Shown: positions 10,366 through 20,663, numbered from the stretch's first letter. The stretch: DNA of 64,000 nucleotides from an uncultured Bacteroidales bacterium (GCA_963825935.1 CAWGUN010000013.1:1012340-1076339); one strand, 5' to 3'. Program-made: numbers and translations. Notes: generated by a model from the sequence alone, not told the origin.

Positions 10366-11466
10366 CTAAAAATGCCAGCCCATCAGGACTATAAATGCCA
10401 TTAACAGCACGTTTACGAGATTGAAGGGGAGCAAGTACTTCCACTCGAGTGTCAGCAGCTGATCTATCCTCAGCCTCGGGAAAGTCCACTTGAACCACAT
10501 CATCAGCCAGACCACGAAGAATGTTTTCACGATATACCATATAAATGGCGGAATGAAATCCATCACGTGGTTAAATCCATCCCAGGCACCGAAATGGAAT
10601 GGCATCCAGCCGCCCAGGAATACTGTTGCTGCTATTGATGCAACGATGAACATGTTCATATATTCGGCCAGGAAGAAGAATGCAAATTTGATCCCTGAGT
10701 ATTCGGTATGATAGCCTGCAGTAAGTTCCGACTCAGCTTCAGCAAGATCAAAGGGACCCCTGTTTGTCTCCGCAGTGCTCGAGATGAGGAATATTATAAA
10801 AGCTATGAAGGCAGGAATGTGCCCTTTGAAAATAAACCATCCGTCTCTCTGAGCTTCGACTATTACAGAAAGCTGCATTGATCCGGCGAGAATTACAACT
10901 GTGATAAGTGCCAGTCCTACAGAAAGTTCATAGCTGACAATCTGAGCACCGCTCCTCATTGCACCGATAAGAGAGTATTTATTATTACTCGACCACCCGG
11001 CTAACAGCACACCAATAACCCCCATAGCCGAAACGGCAATGACATATAAAACTCCAATATTCAGATCAATTGCATGAAGGCCCTTTGCGAACGGTATTGC
11101 TGCAATTGCCATAAATGATGCTATGATCACAATAAAAGGAGCAAGGTTGAACAGGAACTTATCAGCATTTTTTATCGGGACAAGCTCAACCAGGAGCAAT
11201 TTGGTAAGATCCGCAATAGTCTGGAACATCCCGAAAGGACCAACACGGTTCGGCCCAAGCCTGTTCTGCATGAATGCACAAACTTTTCTCTCGGCATACA
11301 CGAGAAACAATCCTATAACCGCATAAAAAAGAAGAATGAGCACACCTACGATCAGCATCTCTATGACTACCGTCCAGAAAGGAGACATTGCGTTATGAAG
11401 ACCGGTGTCGATCCACTTCGTTAACGCAGTGAAATCATATAAACTAAATACCTTACCCTCATTCAT
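10366..11466 (-). CDS. nuoH: NADH-quinone oxidoreductase subunit H
   Basis: 366-aa NuoH/ND1-like membrane protein ([38 protein letters not shown]). Confidence 0.9.
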   Translation of the reverse strand: MNEGKVFSLYDFTALTKWIDTGLHNAMSPFWTVVIEMLIVGVLILLFYAVIGLFLVYAERKVCAFMQNRLGPNRVGPFGMFQTIADLTKLLLVELVPIKNADKFLFNLAPFIVIIASFMAIAAIPFAKGLHAIDLNIGVLYVIAVSAMGVIGVLLAGWSSNNKYSLIGAMRSGAQIVSYELSVGLALITVVILAGSMQLSVIVEAQRDGWFIFKGHIPAFIAFIIFLISSTAETNRGPFDLAEAESELTAGYHTEYSGIKFAFFFLAEYMNMFIVASIAATVFLGGWMPFHFGAWDGFNHVMDFIPPFIWYIVKTFFVVWLMMWFKWTFPRLRIDQLLTLEWKYLLPFNLVNVLLMAFIVLMGWHF

Positions 11467-11542
11467 ATATTCAATACTATTTTAATTCTGTTTCGTTTTA
11501 GTATTTTCATCTTTCCTCTTTATTCCAACTTCCTGTAGCCGG

Positions 11543-12667
11543 TTACCTGTCTATATCCGGTATCACAAGATCAAGCGAACCACCAATAGCAACCAGATCG
11601 GCAATCTTAAAACCTCTGGCAATATGGTTCAGCGCCGAGAGGTTGGAAAAACAGGGTGAACGGAATTTAATTCTGAAAGGACTCTTATTTCCGTCACTGA
11701 TTATATAAACTCCAAGTTCACCGCGTGCAGTTTCGACTCTCTGGAAGTACTCACCTTCAGGCAATCTGATAACAGGTTTCATCTTTACTGCAAAAGGACC
11801 TTCAGGTATATTGTCGATCAGCTGCTCAATTATCTTCATTGATTCTCTCATCTCCTCAATACGGACAAGATACCTGTGGAAAGTATCACCCTCTGTGAAG
11901 AGAATTTCGTTGAACTTAATCCTGTCATATGCGCTGTAGGGTTCGTGCTTCCTTACATCACACGAAAAGTTGGAAGCTCTTCCGGTAGGACCTGTAACTC
12001 CAAACGAAATAGCATCTTCGAGAGAGAGCTTCCCGACGTCCACTGTCCTTTCCCTGAATATCACATTGCCTGTCAGTATCTGATCATATTCAGGCAGTTT
12101 TTTCCGGAAATATTTTATGAATTCCTTTACCTGTTTCTGGAAGTTGGGATGAATATCATACATCAGTCCTCCCGGGCAGTTGTAGCTAAGGATCATCCGT
12201 CCTCCACAGGTCTCTTCAAAAATATCGAGAATTTTTTCCCGATCGCGGAATCCATAAAAGAAGCATGTCAGTCCCCCCAGGTCCATCCCGAATGTTCCAA
12301 AGAACAGCTGGTGCGACTGGATCCTGGTCAGCTCGGACATTATTGTGCGTATGATCTTAATCCTGTCAGGGATTTCAACTTCGAGAGCCTTTTCAACATT
12401 AAGGCATACGGCTTCATTATTAATAAGGGCAGAAAGATAATCCATCCTGTCAGTAAGGTGAATGATCTGAGGATAAGTAATACTTTCGCACATTTTTTCG
12501 ATACCCCTGTGAACATATCCGATATGAGGTTCAATATTCTTTACAGTTTCCCCTTTCAGGGAAACGACAAGGCGAAGCACTCCATGAGTTGAAGGATGCT
12601 GAGGCCCCATATTAATTATATATTCCTCCTCTTCTTTGATGCCAGTTCCCTTTACCTGCTCTTCCAT
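11543..12667 (-). CDS. nuoD: NADH-quinone oxidoreductase subunit D
   Basis: 374 aa with NMGPQHPSTHGVLRL near the N-terminus and the C-terminal DLVIPDIDR. Confidence 0.9.
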   Translation of the reverse strand: MEEQVKGTGIKEEEEYIINMGPQHPSTHGVLRLVVSLKGETVKNIEPHIGYVHRGIEKMCESITYPQIIHLTDRMDYLSALINNEAVCLNVEKALEVEIPDRIKIIRTIMSELTRIQSHQLFFGTFGMDLGGLTCFFYGFRDREKILDIFEETCGGRMILSYNCPGGLMYDIHPNFQKQVKEFIKYFRKKLPEYDQILTGNVIFRERTVDVGKLSLEDAISFGVTGPTGRASNFSCDVRKHEPYSAYDRIKFNEILFTEGDTFHRYLVRIEEMRESMKIIEQLIDNIPEGPFAVKMKPVIRLPEGEYFQRVETARGELGVYIISDGNKSPFRIKFRSPCFSNLSALNHIARGFKIADLVAIGGSLDLVIPDIDR

Positions 12668-12670
12668 AAG

Positions 12671-13126
12671 CTATTTTGTCACGATTTTAATATCATCAAC
12701 ATAATCTTTCCTGAACGGAAATCCCCACGATCTGTCCAGAAAAAGTCTTCTCAGATCAGGATGATTGGTGAATTTTATGCCAAACAGGTCATAAACTTCC
12801 CTTTCGTGAAAATCAGCTGTTTTCCATATATCTGTAACGGAATCAAAATGAGGATTTTCCCTGTCATTTGTTCTGACTTTCAGAACAATCATGTGTTCAT
12901 GCTTCGTAGAACGGAGATGGTAAACAACTCCAAGATCCTGTCCGTAATCCACACCGGTAATACTGACAAGGAAATCAAAAAAACACTCTTCCTTCTCCCT
13001 TAACTGAACTGCAAGGTTGTGAAGCGAAGGAGCCGGGATTGTCGCTTCTGTGAATTGTTTCCCTTCTTTTACTTCACAGTCCGGTGCAAGAGATTTAACG
13101 AAAATCAGGAGTTCTGTCTTATTCAT
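12671..13126 (-). CDS. nuoC: NADH-quinone oxidoreductase subunit C
   Basis: 151 aa with ADFHEREVYDLFGI, a separate gene from nuoD. Confidence 0.85.
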   Translation of the reverse strand: MNKTELLIFVKSLAPDCEVKEGKQFTEATIPAPSLHNLAVQLREKEECFFDFLVSITGVDYGQDLGVVYHLRSTKHEHMIVLKVRTNDRENPHFDSVTDIWKTADFHEREVYDLFGIKFTNHPDLRRLFLDRSWGFPFRKDYVDDIKIVTK

Positions 13127-13137
13127 TTATGAGACTA

Positions 13138-13698
13138 TTATTTTGAGTCGTGTGATGAATTGCGTTTCTTTCTCGACCTTATGCTTTCGGTTTCTATCAT
13201 TCTCTGAAGCTGAAGCATACCATACATTAAGGCTTCAGGACGCGGCGGACAACCGGGTATATATACATCGACGGGGATGACATGTTCAACACCTTTAACT
13301 ACACTGTAGGAATTCAGGAAGAATGGACCGCCTGAGATGGCGCAAGCACCCATTGCCACAACATATTTTGGCTCAGACATCTGGTCATACAGACGTTTAA
13401 GTACAGGTGCCATTTTATAAACTATTGTGCCGGCTACAACAATAACGTCAGCCTGTCTCGGGCTGGCCCGGTATACCTCCATACCGAACCGGGCAAAATC
13501 GTAACGTGCTCCTCCTGTGGCCATCATCTCAATACCACAGCAGCTTGTCGCAAATGTAAGCGGCCAGAGGGAGTTTTTTCTTCCCCAGTTTATGACATCA
13601 TCAAGTGTTGCAAGGAGGACATTTGTGCCTGAATCTTTCAGAAGCTCAAGACTCTCATTGTCTTTGAACTCTTCTTTCTTCATTCCTTTTATTCCCAT
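13138..13698 (-). CDS. nuoB: NADH-quinone oxidoreductase subunit B
   Basis: Contains [18 protein letters not shown] and [11 protein letters not shown] (N2 cluster ligands). The track ORF runs to 13809 inside nuoA. The likely start is MGIKG (13698) or MKKEE (13683). Confidence 0.85.
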   Translation of the reverse strand: MGIKGMKKEEFKDNESLELLKDSGTNVLLATLDDVINWGRKNSLWPLTFATSCCGIEMMATGGARYDFARFGMEVYRASPRQADVIVVAGTIVYKMAPVLKRLYDQMSEPKYVVAMGACAISGGPFFLNSYSVVKGVEHVIPVDVYIPGCPPRPEALMYGMLQLQRMIETESIRSRKKRNSSHDSK

Positions 13699-14039
13699 AT
13701 AAGCGCATGTTTTTTCCAGGCGTACAATAAGCCCAGTCCAAGTATAAAGAAGAATATTACAATCTCTATGAATGCTGTCATTCCAACCTCCTTCATTACT
13801 ACTGCCCATGGAAAAACAAGAACAGTCTCAACATCAAAAATCAGAAAGAGTATGGCAAAAAGATAATAGCCCACGTTGAACTGAAGCCATGTTACACCCT
13901 GTGTTGGTATTCCGCATTCGTATGGTTCAAATTTCTGGGGATTTATCGATTTGGGAGCTATGATTCCTGCAAGCACAAGGACTAATCCGACAAAAATAGC
14001 TCCTATAAGGAAGAACAAAACAAGCCAGTCATTGCTCAT
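13689..14039 (-). CDS. nuoA: NADH-quinone oxidoreductase subunit A
   Basis: 116-aa membrane protein with 3 TM helices (YECG, FDVE motifs), the first gene of the operon. Confidence 0.85.
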   Translation of the reverse strand: MSNDWLVLFFLIGAIFVGLVLVLAGIIAPKSINPQKFEPYECGIPTQGVTWLQFNVGYYLFAILFLIFDVETVLVFPWAVVMKEVGMTAFIEIVIFFFILGLGLLYAWKKHALIWE

Positions 14040-14071
14040 AATAACAGGATTTAGTTTTTATTGAAACCGCA

Positions 14072-14079
14072 CAAAAGTA
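14072..14079 (-). promoter_or_regulatory. Candidate Bacteroidetes -7 promoter box (TACTTTTG) for the nuo operon
   Basis: The minus strand reads TACTTTTG, matching TAnnTTTG, 32 nt upstream of the nuoA ATG. Confidence 0.35.
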
Positions 14080-14136
14080 GAATTTTTTTTTATTAATTGT
14101 GAAATAACTAACAGCCTATTAAAATGATAATTGTCA

Positions 14137-14901
14137 TCATGTAAATATTGTTTCAGGATACTCGATATTAATCAGGAATAATCCCTTTGCAGGTGCAGAT
14201 TTCCCGGCCTTGCTCCGGTCTTTGGCAAGAATAATATCTTCAAACTCCTTCACTGGCATTTTCCCTTTACCTATTTCAACCATTGTTCCCACAATAGCTC
14301 TGACCATATTTCTCAGGAACCTGTCGGCTTTTATTGTGAATACCAGCCTGTCATCTGCTTCCTCCCATACTGCGTAGGATATTCTGCAGAGATTGGTTTT
14401 CACGTCAGAATGCAGTCTGGCAAAACTGGTAAAGTCGGAATAGTTAAGAAGCAAACCACATGCCTCATTCATTGGAGCAATATCAATCTTACCATGAATG
14501 AACCACGATGAATCGTCCCAGAACGGATTCTTTGTCTTCGAAATATTGTAACGGTATGTCCTCGACAAGGCGCTGAACCTGGCATGCACATCCTGCCGGA
14601 CCTTAATTAATTTAGAAACTGCGATATCTTTCGGCAGGAACTTGTTCAACCTGAATATTATGTTCTTCCGCATTGTAAGATCAGGAATTGTACTTTCAAA
14701 ATGAGCGCAGAATACCTGTGCGTGAACACCAGTGTCGGTTCTGCCGGCACCTGTTGTTGAAATCTTTTCATTAAGTACTGTACTAAGGGCATTATCCAGT
14801 ATTTTCTGTACAGTCTGTGAATTCGGCTGGATCTGCCATCCATGATAGGCTGTACCTTTATATGAAATGAAAATGAAATATCTTGTGCTCAATGTACCCA
14901 T
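14137..14901 (-). CDS. truA: tRNA pseudouridine(38-40) synthase
   Basis: 254 aa with YKGTAYHGWQIQ and the GRTDTGVHA catalytic motif. Confidence 0.9.
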   Translation of the reverse strand: MGTLSTRYFIFISYKGTAYHGWQIQPNSQTVQKILDNALSTVLNEKISTTGAGRTDTGVHAQVFCAHFESTIPDLTMRKNIIFRLNKFLPKDIAVSKLIKVRQDVHARFSALSRTYRYNISKTKNPFWDDSSWFIHGKIDIAPMNEACGLLLNYSDFTSFARLHSDVKTNLCRISYAVWEEADDRLVFTIKADRFLRNMVRAIVGTMVEIGKGKMPVKEFEDIILAKDRSKAGKSAPAKGLFLINIEYPETIFT

Positions 14902-15113
14902 AATACAAATATAATTATTCTGCTAAAAACAACTCCGTCTCCTGTACAAAGGAATTAGTTTTAACGAATTCAGGACATTAGTAATAAAGTATGGAACTTT
15001 TTTTTATTTTTGAGCATGCTAGTACATGCATGAAAGGAAATAAAGTTTAATTGTACAATGTACACTATTAATTTATTGATTCTTAACCCTAAGTTTAACA
15101 TAATATTTACAAA

Positions 15114-16448
15114 ATGACACAACAGAAAAATACGCAAGCCGCTGGTATGGCCTTTATGGGGATGATTTTCTTCCTATTTGGTTTTGTTACAACTTTTAAT
15201 ATCACGCTGGCTGATAAATTCAAAGCTGTTTTTGAACTATCGAACTTTCAGGCCCAGCTTGTAAACGGTGCTTTTTTCTTCACCTATTTTCTATTATCAT
15301 TCGCATGTGGTGGCATTATTAAGAAAATTGGTTATAAGGCAGGCGTTATTTTGGGCCTTGCACTGATAGCTATTGGAAGCTTTTTATTCTATCCAGCTGC
15401 CAAGGCTCCATCATTTCCATTCTTCCTGGTTGCCATATTTGTTATGGCCAGTGGTGTTGTATTTCTGCAGGTAGCTGCAAATCCTTATGTTACAGCTCTT
15501 GGACCCTCCGAAACTGCCTCAGGCAGGTTAAATTTAACCCAGGCACTTAATTCTATTGCAACCTACCTGGCACCGCTTATTGCCGTCGTATTTGTTTTTA
15601 AAGCCGCTGCCGGAACTCTCAGCCCTGCTGAAGCAGCTAAATCAGTTCCCGCTCCTTTTTTAATTATTGCAGTAATTGTCATAATTATAGCTGTTGCCCT
15701 TTATTTTCTGAAACTTCCTGAGATACCGACTCAGGGTGTAGAGAGGAAAAGTGTCTGGAAATATTCGCATGTTCTTCTGGGATCTGTTGGTATTTTCTGT
15801 TATGTCGGTGCAGAAGTCGGAACAGCTGCATTTTTCCAGAGATATTTACAGGAAGTGCTGCACATGTTACAATCCGATGCTGCAAAAATGATCGCTTTGT
15901 ACTGGGGAGGTGCTATGGTAGGAAGATTCTACGGTTCATTTATGCTTTCCAATGTCGAGAAATCGAAAAAGTATTTGTATACCATACTGGTTATTGCCCT
16001 GGCCTTATTTGTAGGATGGTTTGTCAGAAAGGAGATTTCCGATGGTCTGATATTTGCAGGAATTGCGATTGTAAACTATCTTGCTATGCAGCTCGGCAAA
16101 GGCAGTGCTAGCAGATCTCTTGCTGTATTTGGTATTATTGCTGCCCTTCTTCTGGTTGTTATCATGTCAGTAAGCGGACCCATTATTCTTTGGGTCGGAC
16201 TCTCAGTCGGTTTCTTCAACTCTATTATGTTCCCGAATATTTTTGCATTGGGTGTTGATGGTCTTGATAAAGGCGAACTAAGCATGGCTTCAGGCCTGAT
16301 AAATTCATTGATTGTCGGCGGAGCAGTTATTCCTGTACTTATGGGACTTGTTGCCGACGGATTTGGAGTAAGACTGGCTTTCATACTTCCGATCGTATGT
16401 TACCTTTATATTGTATTTTTCGCCCTCGTGGGGAGCAAACATAAATAG
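15114..16448 (+). CDS. MFS sugar:H+ symporter (FucP / glucose-galactose transporter family)
   Basis: 444 aa with 12 TM helices. It shares LQVAANPYV...LNLTQALNS with the paralogue at 17862. It lies next to galK. Confidence 0.8.
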   Translation: MTQQKNTQAAGMAFMGMIFFLFGFVTTFNITLADKFKAVFELSNFQAQLVNGAFFFTYFLLSFACGGIIKKIGYKAGVILGLALIAIGSFLFYPAAKAPSFPFFLVAIFVMASGVVFLQVAANPYVTALGPSETASGRLNLTQALNSIATYLAPLIAVVFVFKAAAGTLSPAEAAKSVPAPFLIIAVIVIIIAVALYFLKLPEIPTQGVERKSVWKYSHVLLGSVGIFCYVGAEVGTAAFFQRYLQEVLHMLQSDAAKMIALYWGGAMVGRFYGSFMLSNVEKSKKYLYTILVIALALFVGWFVRKEISDGLIFAGIAIVNYLAMQLGKGSASRSLAVFGIIAALLLVVIMSVSGPIILWVGLSVGFFNSIMFPNIFALGVDGLDKGELSMASGLINSLIVGGAVIPVLMGLVADGFGVRLAFILPIVCYLYIVFFALVGSKHK

Positions 16449-16521
16449 TAACCTGATTTTTAATTTACGGACTAATTAATTCAGACGGCGGGACCAGTTC
16501 CCTCCATTAAAACTTATTCAT

Positions 16522-17805
16522 ATGTCAAAAACAGAAACCCTTATTGATAAAATTAACAACGGTAACAACAATGCTTTCAGGGAATTATACGGAAGCGATG
16601 CTGCTGAATTAAAAAAGCAGGCAAAACGCTATTCTGACCTGTTAAAATTGTTTACTAAATCGTTTGCCGGCAAGGAAGCCGAATTTTTCAGCTCTCCGGG
16701 CAGAACGGAAATAGGAGGTAACCATACAGATCATAATCTCGGACGTGTTCTGGCAGGTGCAGTTAATCTCGATAATATTGCGGTAGCTGCAGTAAACAAA
16801 ACCAATATTATCCGGATTGAATCAGCAGGATATCCGCGGTTTGAGGTTAATCTTAAATCGCTGAAACCTGATAAAAAAGAAAAATTCACATCTGCTGCCC
16901 TGGTACGTGGTATCTGTGCCCGGCTAAAAGAACTTGGATATATAACAGGAGGCTTCGATGCCTGTATTGACGGAGGTGTACCTGTTGGCTCAGGACTAAG
17001 TTCTTCTGCCTCCTTTGAAGTGCTGATAGGAGCGATCATAAACCAGTTATTTAATAAGGGTAAAGTTGATCCGATTCAGATTGCAATAATCGGCCAGTAT
17101 TCCGAAAATAATTATTTCGGCAAGCCCTGCGGTTTGATGGATCAGACCGCCTGCTCAATGGGGGGACTGATTACAATTGATTTTAAAGACCCTTCCAAAC
17201 CGGTCGTAAAAAAGATAAACTTCGATTTTGTTGCTACAGGATTTGCATTGGTTATTACCGATACCGGAGGAAATCATGCAGACTTAAATGATGAATATGC
17301 TTCACTGCCAACTGATATGAAAGCGGTGGCAGCTCAGCTGGGAGCTAAGGTTCTGAGGCAGGTGACACTTGATCAGGTATTACAGATCATTCCTAAAATA
17401 CGCCGGAAGGTTGGAGACAGGGCTATCCTGCGTGCTATTCACTTTCAGGGTGACAACCAGCGGGTAGTCGACCAGGTGAAAGCGCTGGAAAATAATGATT
17501 TCAAAGCTTTCCTTGGAATGGTGGTCGATTCAGGCTATAGTTCCTATATGTATAATCAGAATATTTATCCGGTAAACAATGTGAAAGAACAGGGAGTATC
17601 GCTTGCCCTGGCCTTAAGCGAACTGGTACTTAAAGGTAAAGGTGCATGGCGTGTACATGGAGGAGGATTTGCCGGGACTATCCAGGCTTTTGTGCCAACC
17701 GCTCTGCTCAAAAAATACGTTTCCACCCTTGAACATGTATATGGAGCCGGATCGTGCCACAAACTCTTTATCAGGAACCTGGGAGCCGGAAAAGTGAAGT
17801 TATAG
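16522..17805 (+). CDS. galK: Galactokinase (GHMP kinase)
   Basis: 427 aa with SPGRTEIGGNHTDHN (the galactokinase signature region) and the GHMP motif GSGLSSSASFEV. Confidence 0.85.
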   Translation: MSKTETLIDKINNGNNNAFRELYGSDAAELKKQAKRYSDLLKLFTKSFAGKEAEFFSSPGRTEIGGNHTDHNLGRVLAGAVNLDNIAVAAVNKTNIIRIESAGYPRFEVNLKSLKPDKKEKFTSAALVRGICARLKELGYITGGFDACIDGGVPVGSGLSSSASFEVLIGAIINQLFNKGKVDPIQIAIIGQYSENNYFGKPCGLMDQTACSMGGLITIDFKDPSKPVVKKINFDFVATGFALVITDTGGNHADLNDEYASLPTDMKAVAAQLGAKVLRQVTLDQVLQIIPKIRRKVGDRAILRAIHFQGDNQRVVDQVKALENNDFKAFLGMVVDSGYSSYMYNQNIYPVNNVKEQGVSLALALSELVLKGKGAWRVHGGGFAGTIQAFVPTALLKKYVSTLEHVYGAGSCHKLFIRNLGAGKVKL

Positions 17806-17861
17806 GAAGAGAACAGATCATTAATTTAATTCGCTGAAAATCAAATTAACATTTATATACT

Positions 17862-19067
17862 ATGGAAAATAAAAATAATAAATTCCTGTTCCCATTGATA
17901 GTAATGGCCTCACTTTTCTTTCTGTTTGGTTTCATTACAACAATGAACAACTCCCTGATCGATTATCTCAAGAGCGCCTTCAGTCTGAATGAAGTTGAAA
18001 AACAATTGCCCAACACATTTTTCTATGGAGCCTACATTTTATCTATCCCGGTAGGATATCTTCTTAACCGTATTGGTTATAAAAATGGTGTATTAAGCGG
18101 GCTTGCTCTTGTAAGTATTGGTTTTTTCCTCTGTATTCCGGGTGTTGCAATCGGATATTACGGATTTCTTTGTGCTGTTTCTATTTTTGCTATTGGCGTG
18201 GTTTTGCTGCAGGTAGCTGCAAATCCATATGTGAATGCCCTGGGAAGTCCCGAGACTGCTGCAAGCAGGTTAACACTAACCAATGCGCTTAATTCAGTTG
18301 CAACTGTAATTGCTCCAATTTTTGTTTCAATGCTTATTGTTTCAGGAAATACCGCAGGCGCTGCTGATCCGAAGACTGTTCAGGGTCCGTTTGCCGGAAT
18401 CGGTATTGTTACTCTGGTGATAGTTGGTATCATGTTTTTCCTTAAACTGCCTGAAATCAGAAGCGATGAATCTTCAGAAGGATCAGTAAAAAAATACAAA
18501 TCAAGCGCTTATAAATATCCGCATCTGTGGCTGGGATCACTGGCAATATTCTTTTATATGGGTATTGAAATTGGTATTCCGAGTTTCTTTGCCGATTATT
18601 CAGGTAAGCTTGGTTTCTCATTTGACGGAGAAATGCGTACACAATTACTCGCATATTACTGGGGAGGACTGATGGTTGGCCGTATCGTTGGTATATTTAT
18701 TCTCAGAAAATATTCTGCAAGCCGTATTCTCAGTTTCTGTGCCATTTTCGGAGCTCTTATGGTGCTCGCTTCCATTCTGCTTGGCAATGCAGGATTGAGC
18801 AAGGTAGCACTCGTACTTTTCCTTGGAACGGGATTGTTCCATTCAATTATGTGGCCCTGCATCTATAACCTGGCCCTTGAGGACCTGGGACCTCATTCAA
18901 AGGTAGGTTCAGGTGTTATTGCGACATCTGTGATTGGTGCAGCCATTCTGCCAATTATTATGGGAGGCATCCAGAAAGGCGTCGGTTTGATAGCTGCCAT
19001 CTGCTGTTTGTTTATCTATTACATTTATGTCAGCTATTTTGCGCTGAAGGGATCGAAAATAAGGTAA
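17862..19067 (+). CDS. MFS glucose/galactose transporter paralogue
   Basis: 401 aa with 12 TM helices and the same family motifs as 15114..16448. Confidence 0.8.
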   Translation: MENKNNKFLFPLIVMASLFFLFGFITTMNNSLIDYLKSAFSLNEVEKQLPNTFFYGAYILSIPVGYLLNRIGYKNGVLSGLALVSIGFFLCIPGVAIGYYGFLCAVSIFAIGVVLLQVAANPYVNALGSPETAASRLTLTNALNSVATVIAPIFVSMLIVSGNTAGAADPKTVQGPFAGIGIVTLVIVGIMFFLKLPEIRSDESSEGSVKKYKSSAYKYPHLWLGSLAIFFYMGIEIGIPSFFADYSGKLGFSFDGEMRTQLLAYYWGGLMVGRIVGIFILRKYSASRILSFCAIFGALMVLASILLGNAGLSKVALVLFLGTGLFHSIMWPCIYNLALEDLGPHSKVGSGVIATSVIGAAILPIIMGGIQKGVGLIAAICCLFIYYIYVSYFALKGSKIR

Positions 19068-20107
19068 ATGGAAATAAAAAGAGGATTTGCCAGCGATAAT
19101 AATGCCGGAGTTCATCCTGAAATATTAAAAGAGCTTGCTTTAGTTAATGCCGGTCATGAGATCGGCTATGGGGGAGACCGGTACACTATGCAGGCCCGGG
19201 AGCTCTTTAAAGAGGTGCTCGGCAGAGATACGGAGGTTTTCTTCGTCTTTACAGGTACTGCAGCAAATGTCCTGGGAATAACGGCTGTGACAAGATCCTG
19301 GAATTCCATTATTGCTGCCAGTACTGCACACCTGGAATCAGATGAGTGCGGGGCTCCTGAAAAATTCACCGGATGCAAAGTCCTGACAGTAGAAACCACT
19401 GATGGTAAAATTACAGTTGACCTGGTAAAAAAACATATGCATGGATTTGACTTCGAACACCATGCCCAGCCTAAAGTAATTTCCATTACACAGTCGACTG
19501 AAATGGGAACTGTCTACACCACCCGGGAGATCAAAACCATAGCCGGCTATGCTCATTCAATGGGGCTTCTTCTTCATATGGATGGTGCCAGGCTGGCTAA
19601 TGCTGCAGTTCTCTGGATCTTCCTTTTAAAGAATTCACTGCTGATGCAGGTGTCGATGTACTTTCATTCGGCGGAACAAAGAACGGACTTATGGCCGGGG
19701 AGGCTGTTTGTTTTCTGAAACCGGGACTTTCAGAGGATTTTAAATATATCAGGAAACAGGGAATGCAGCTGGCTTCAAAAATGAGATTTGTTTCAGCCCA
19801 GTTTATTGCTTATTTAAGGGATGATCTATGGAAAAGGTCCGCTTCCCATTCTAACTCTATGGCGAAGCTCCTCTCAGATAAACTCAGTGGGATTAAAGAT
19901 ATTACTATCACTCAAGCTGTCCAGTCCAATGGAGTTTTTGTCATTATTCCTCATGATGTCGTTGACAAAGTGAGGGAGAAATATTTCTTCTATCCCTGGG
20001 ATGAAAGTAAATCGGAATACAGGCTAATGACAAGCTGGGATACGACTGAGGAGGATGTAGAGGATTTTGTAAAGATTCTTAAAGCTGAAATACTTAAGAA
20101 GAAGTAA
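19068..20107 (+). pseudogene. ltaE: Low-specificity L-threonine aldolase, interrupted by a 1-nt frameshift near 19609
   Basis: Two track ORFs (19068..19718 and 19691..20107) together make one aldolase. Reading ...HMDGARLANAAV and then shifting frame gives SLDLPFKEFTADAGVDVLSFGGTKNGLMAGEAVCF, which contains the PLP-lysine region GGTKNG. Confidence 0.75.
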
Positions 20108-20115
20108 GAATGGAG

Positions 20116-20221
20116 AACAAACGAATGGTGAATTAAGAACTGAAAAACTTCTGCAATCCGACTTCGTTTGTTCCAATGTTCATACTTCAAAAAAAAGGTG
20201 TCCCGTCAGGACACCCTTTTT
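20116..20221. repeat. Direct repeat copy 1 (~106 bp), includes a terminator hairpin
   Basis: Matches 21099..21206 with one C/T substitution, one extra A in the copy-2 A-run and one extra T in its T-run. Confidence 0.9.
20189..20221. terminator. Bidirectional intrinsic terminator
   Basis: A8 run, GGTGTCC, loop cgtca, GGACACC, then C and a T5 run. Confidence 0.75.
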
Positions 20222-20278
20222 CTTGTTTTGTGCGAAAGACACCCAAAATTAAGATAGACGGACAAGACAATTAACTTC

Positions 20279-20608
20279 TCATGATTGGCATAATAAATTT
20301 ACTAACGAGGTCTTGAATAATCCAGTATGTGATAATTCTTTCCAATCTTTATTAAACTGATTAATAAGTGTCAGTTTTTTTCCCCTGGAAAACCCTTTAA
20401 TCTGTTTTTCCCTTTCTATTGCTGAAACAATTGAATCAAACCTTTCAAGATAAATCAGTTTATCAACATTATATTTCTGTGTAAATCCCTTTATTTTCTT
20501 TTGTTTATGTTCATAACACCTTCTCTCTAAGTCATTAGTACCTCCGGTATAAAGAACATTATGATGTGTATTTGTCAGGATATAAAAATAATATACCTGA
20601 GTTCTCAT
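20279..20608 (-). CDS. Small GIY-YIG nuclease family protein (URI-domain, COG2827-like)
   Basis: 109 aa. It has YYFYILTN..VLYTGGTNDLERRCYEH (GIY..YxG..R..H pattern) and ..EREKQIKGFSRGKK. Confidence 0.8.
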   Translation of the reverse strand: MRTQVYYFYILTNTHHNVLYTGGTNDLERRCYEHKQKKIKGFTQKYNVDKLIYLERFDSIVSAIEREKQIKGFSRGKKLTLINQFNKDWKELSHTGLFKTSLVNLLCQS

Positions 20609-20663
20609 TTAACTAACAGATTATTAATGACATTTATGATGAAGACCAAATTACAAAAAATCA

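Noticed and set aside
10340-10540. N-terminal 67-aa extension of the nuoI track ORF. Comparable extensions occur for nuoB (13699-13809), queA (29446-29490), rarA (32843-32881), the DUF4252 gene (53514-53537) and the anti-sigma gene (54540-54593).
   Set aside because: The extensions overlap the upstream gene or a terminator, and they precede the conserved family N-terminus. Internal Met starts fit better.
11876-12592. 238-aa ORF antisense to nuoD. Similar long antisense ORFs lie at 41106-41594 (opposite ackA), 43056-43565 (opposite ptb), 1663-2130 and 10025-10285.
   Set aside because: Each lies wholly inside a confidently assigned gene on the other strand and has no recognisable motifs. They are shadow ORFs.
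15014-15064. GTACA-containing palindromes (GCATGCTAGTACATGCATG; TGTACAATGTACA) upstream of the MFS-galK block, considered as a possible sugar-regulator operator.
   Set aside because: No regulator gene is present in the block. The motifs are short and AT-rich, and I cannot show significance without a genome-wide count.
19990-20190. 66-aa minus-strand ORF spanning the ltaE 3' end and direct-repeat copy 1. A second ORF at 21147-21392 on the plus strand spans copy 2.
   Set aside because: Both overlap real genes or terminator hairpins, are not conserved between the two repeat copies as ORFs, and have implausible composition.
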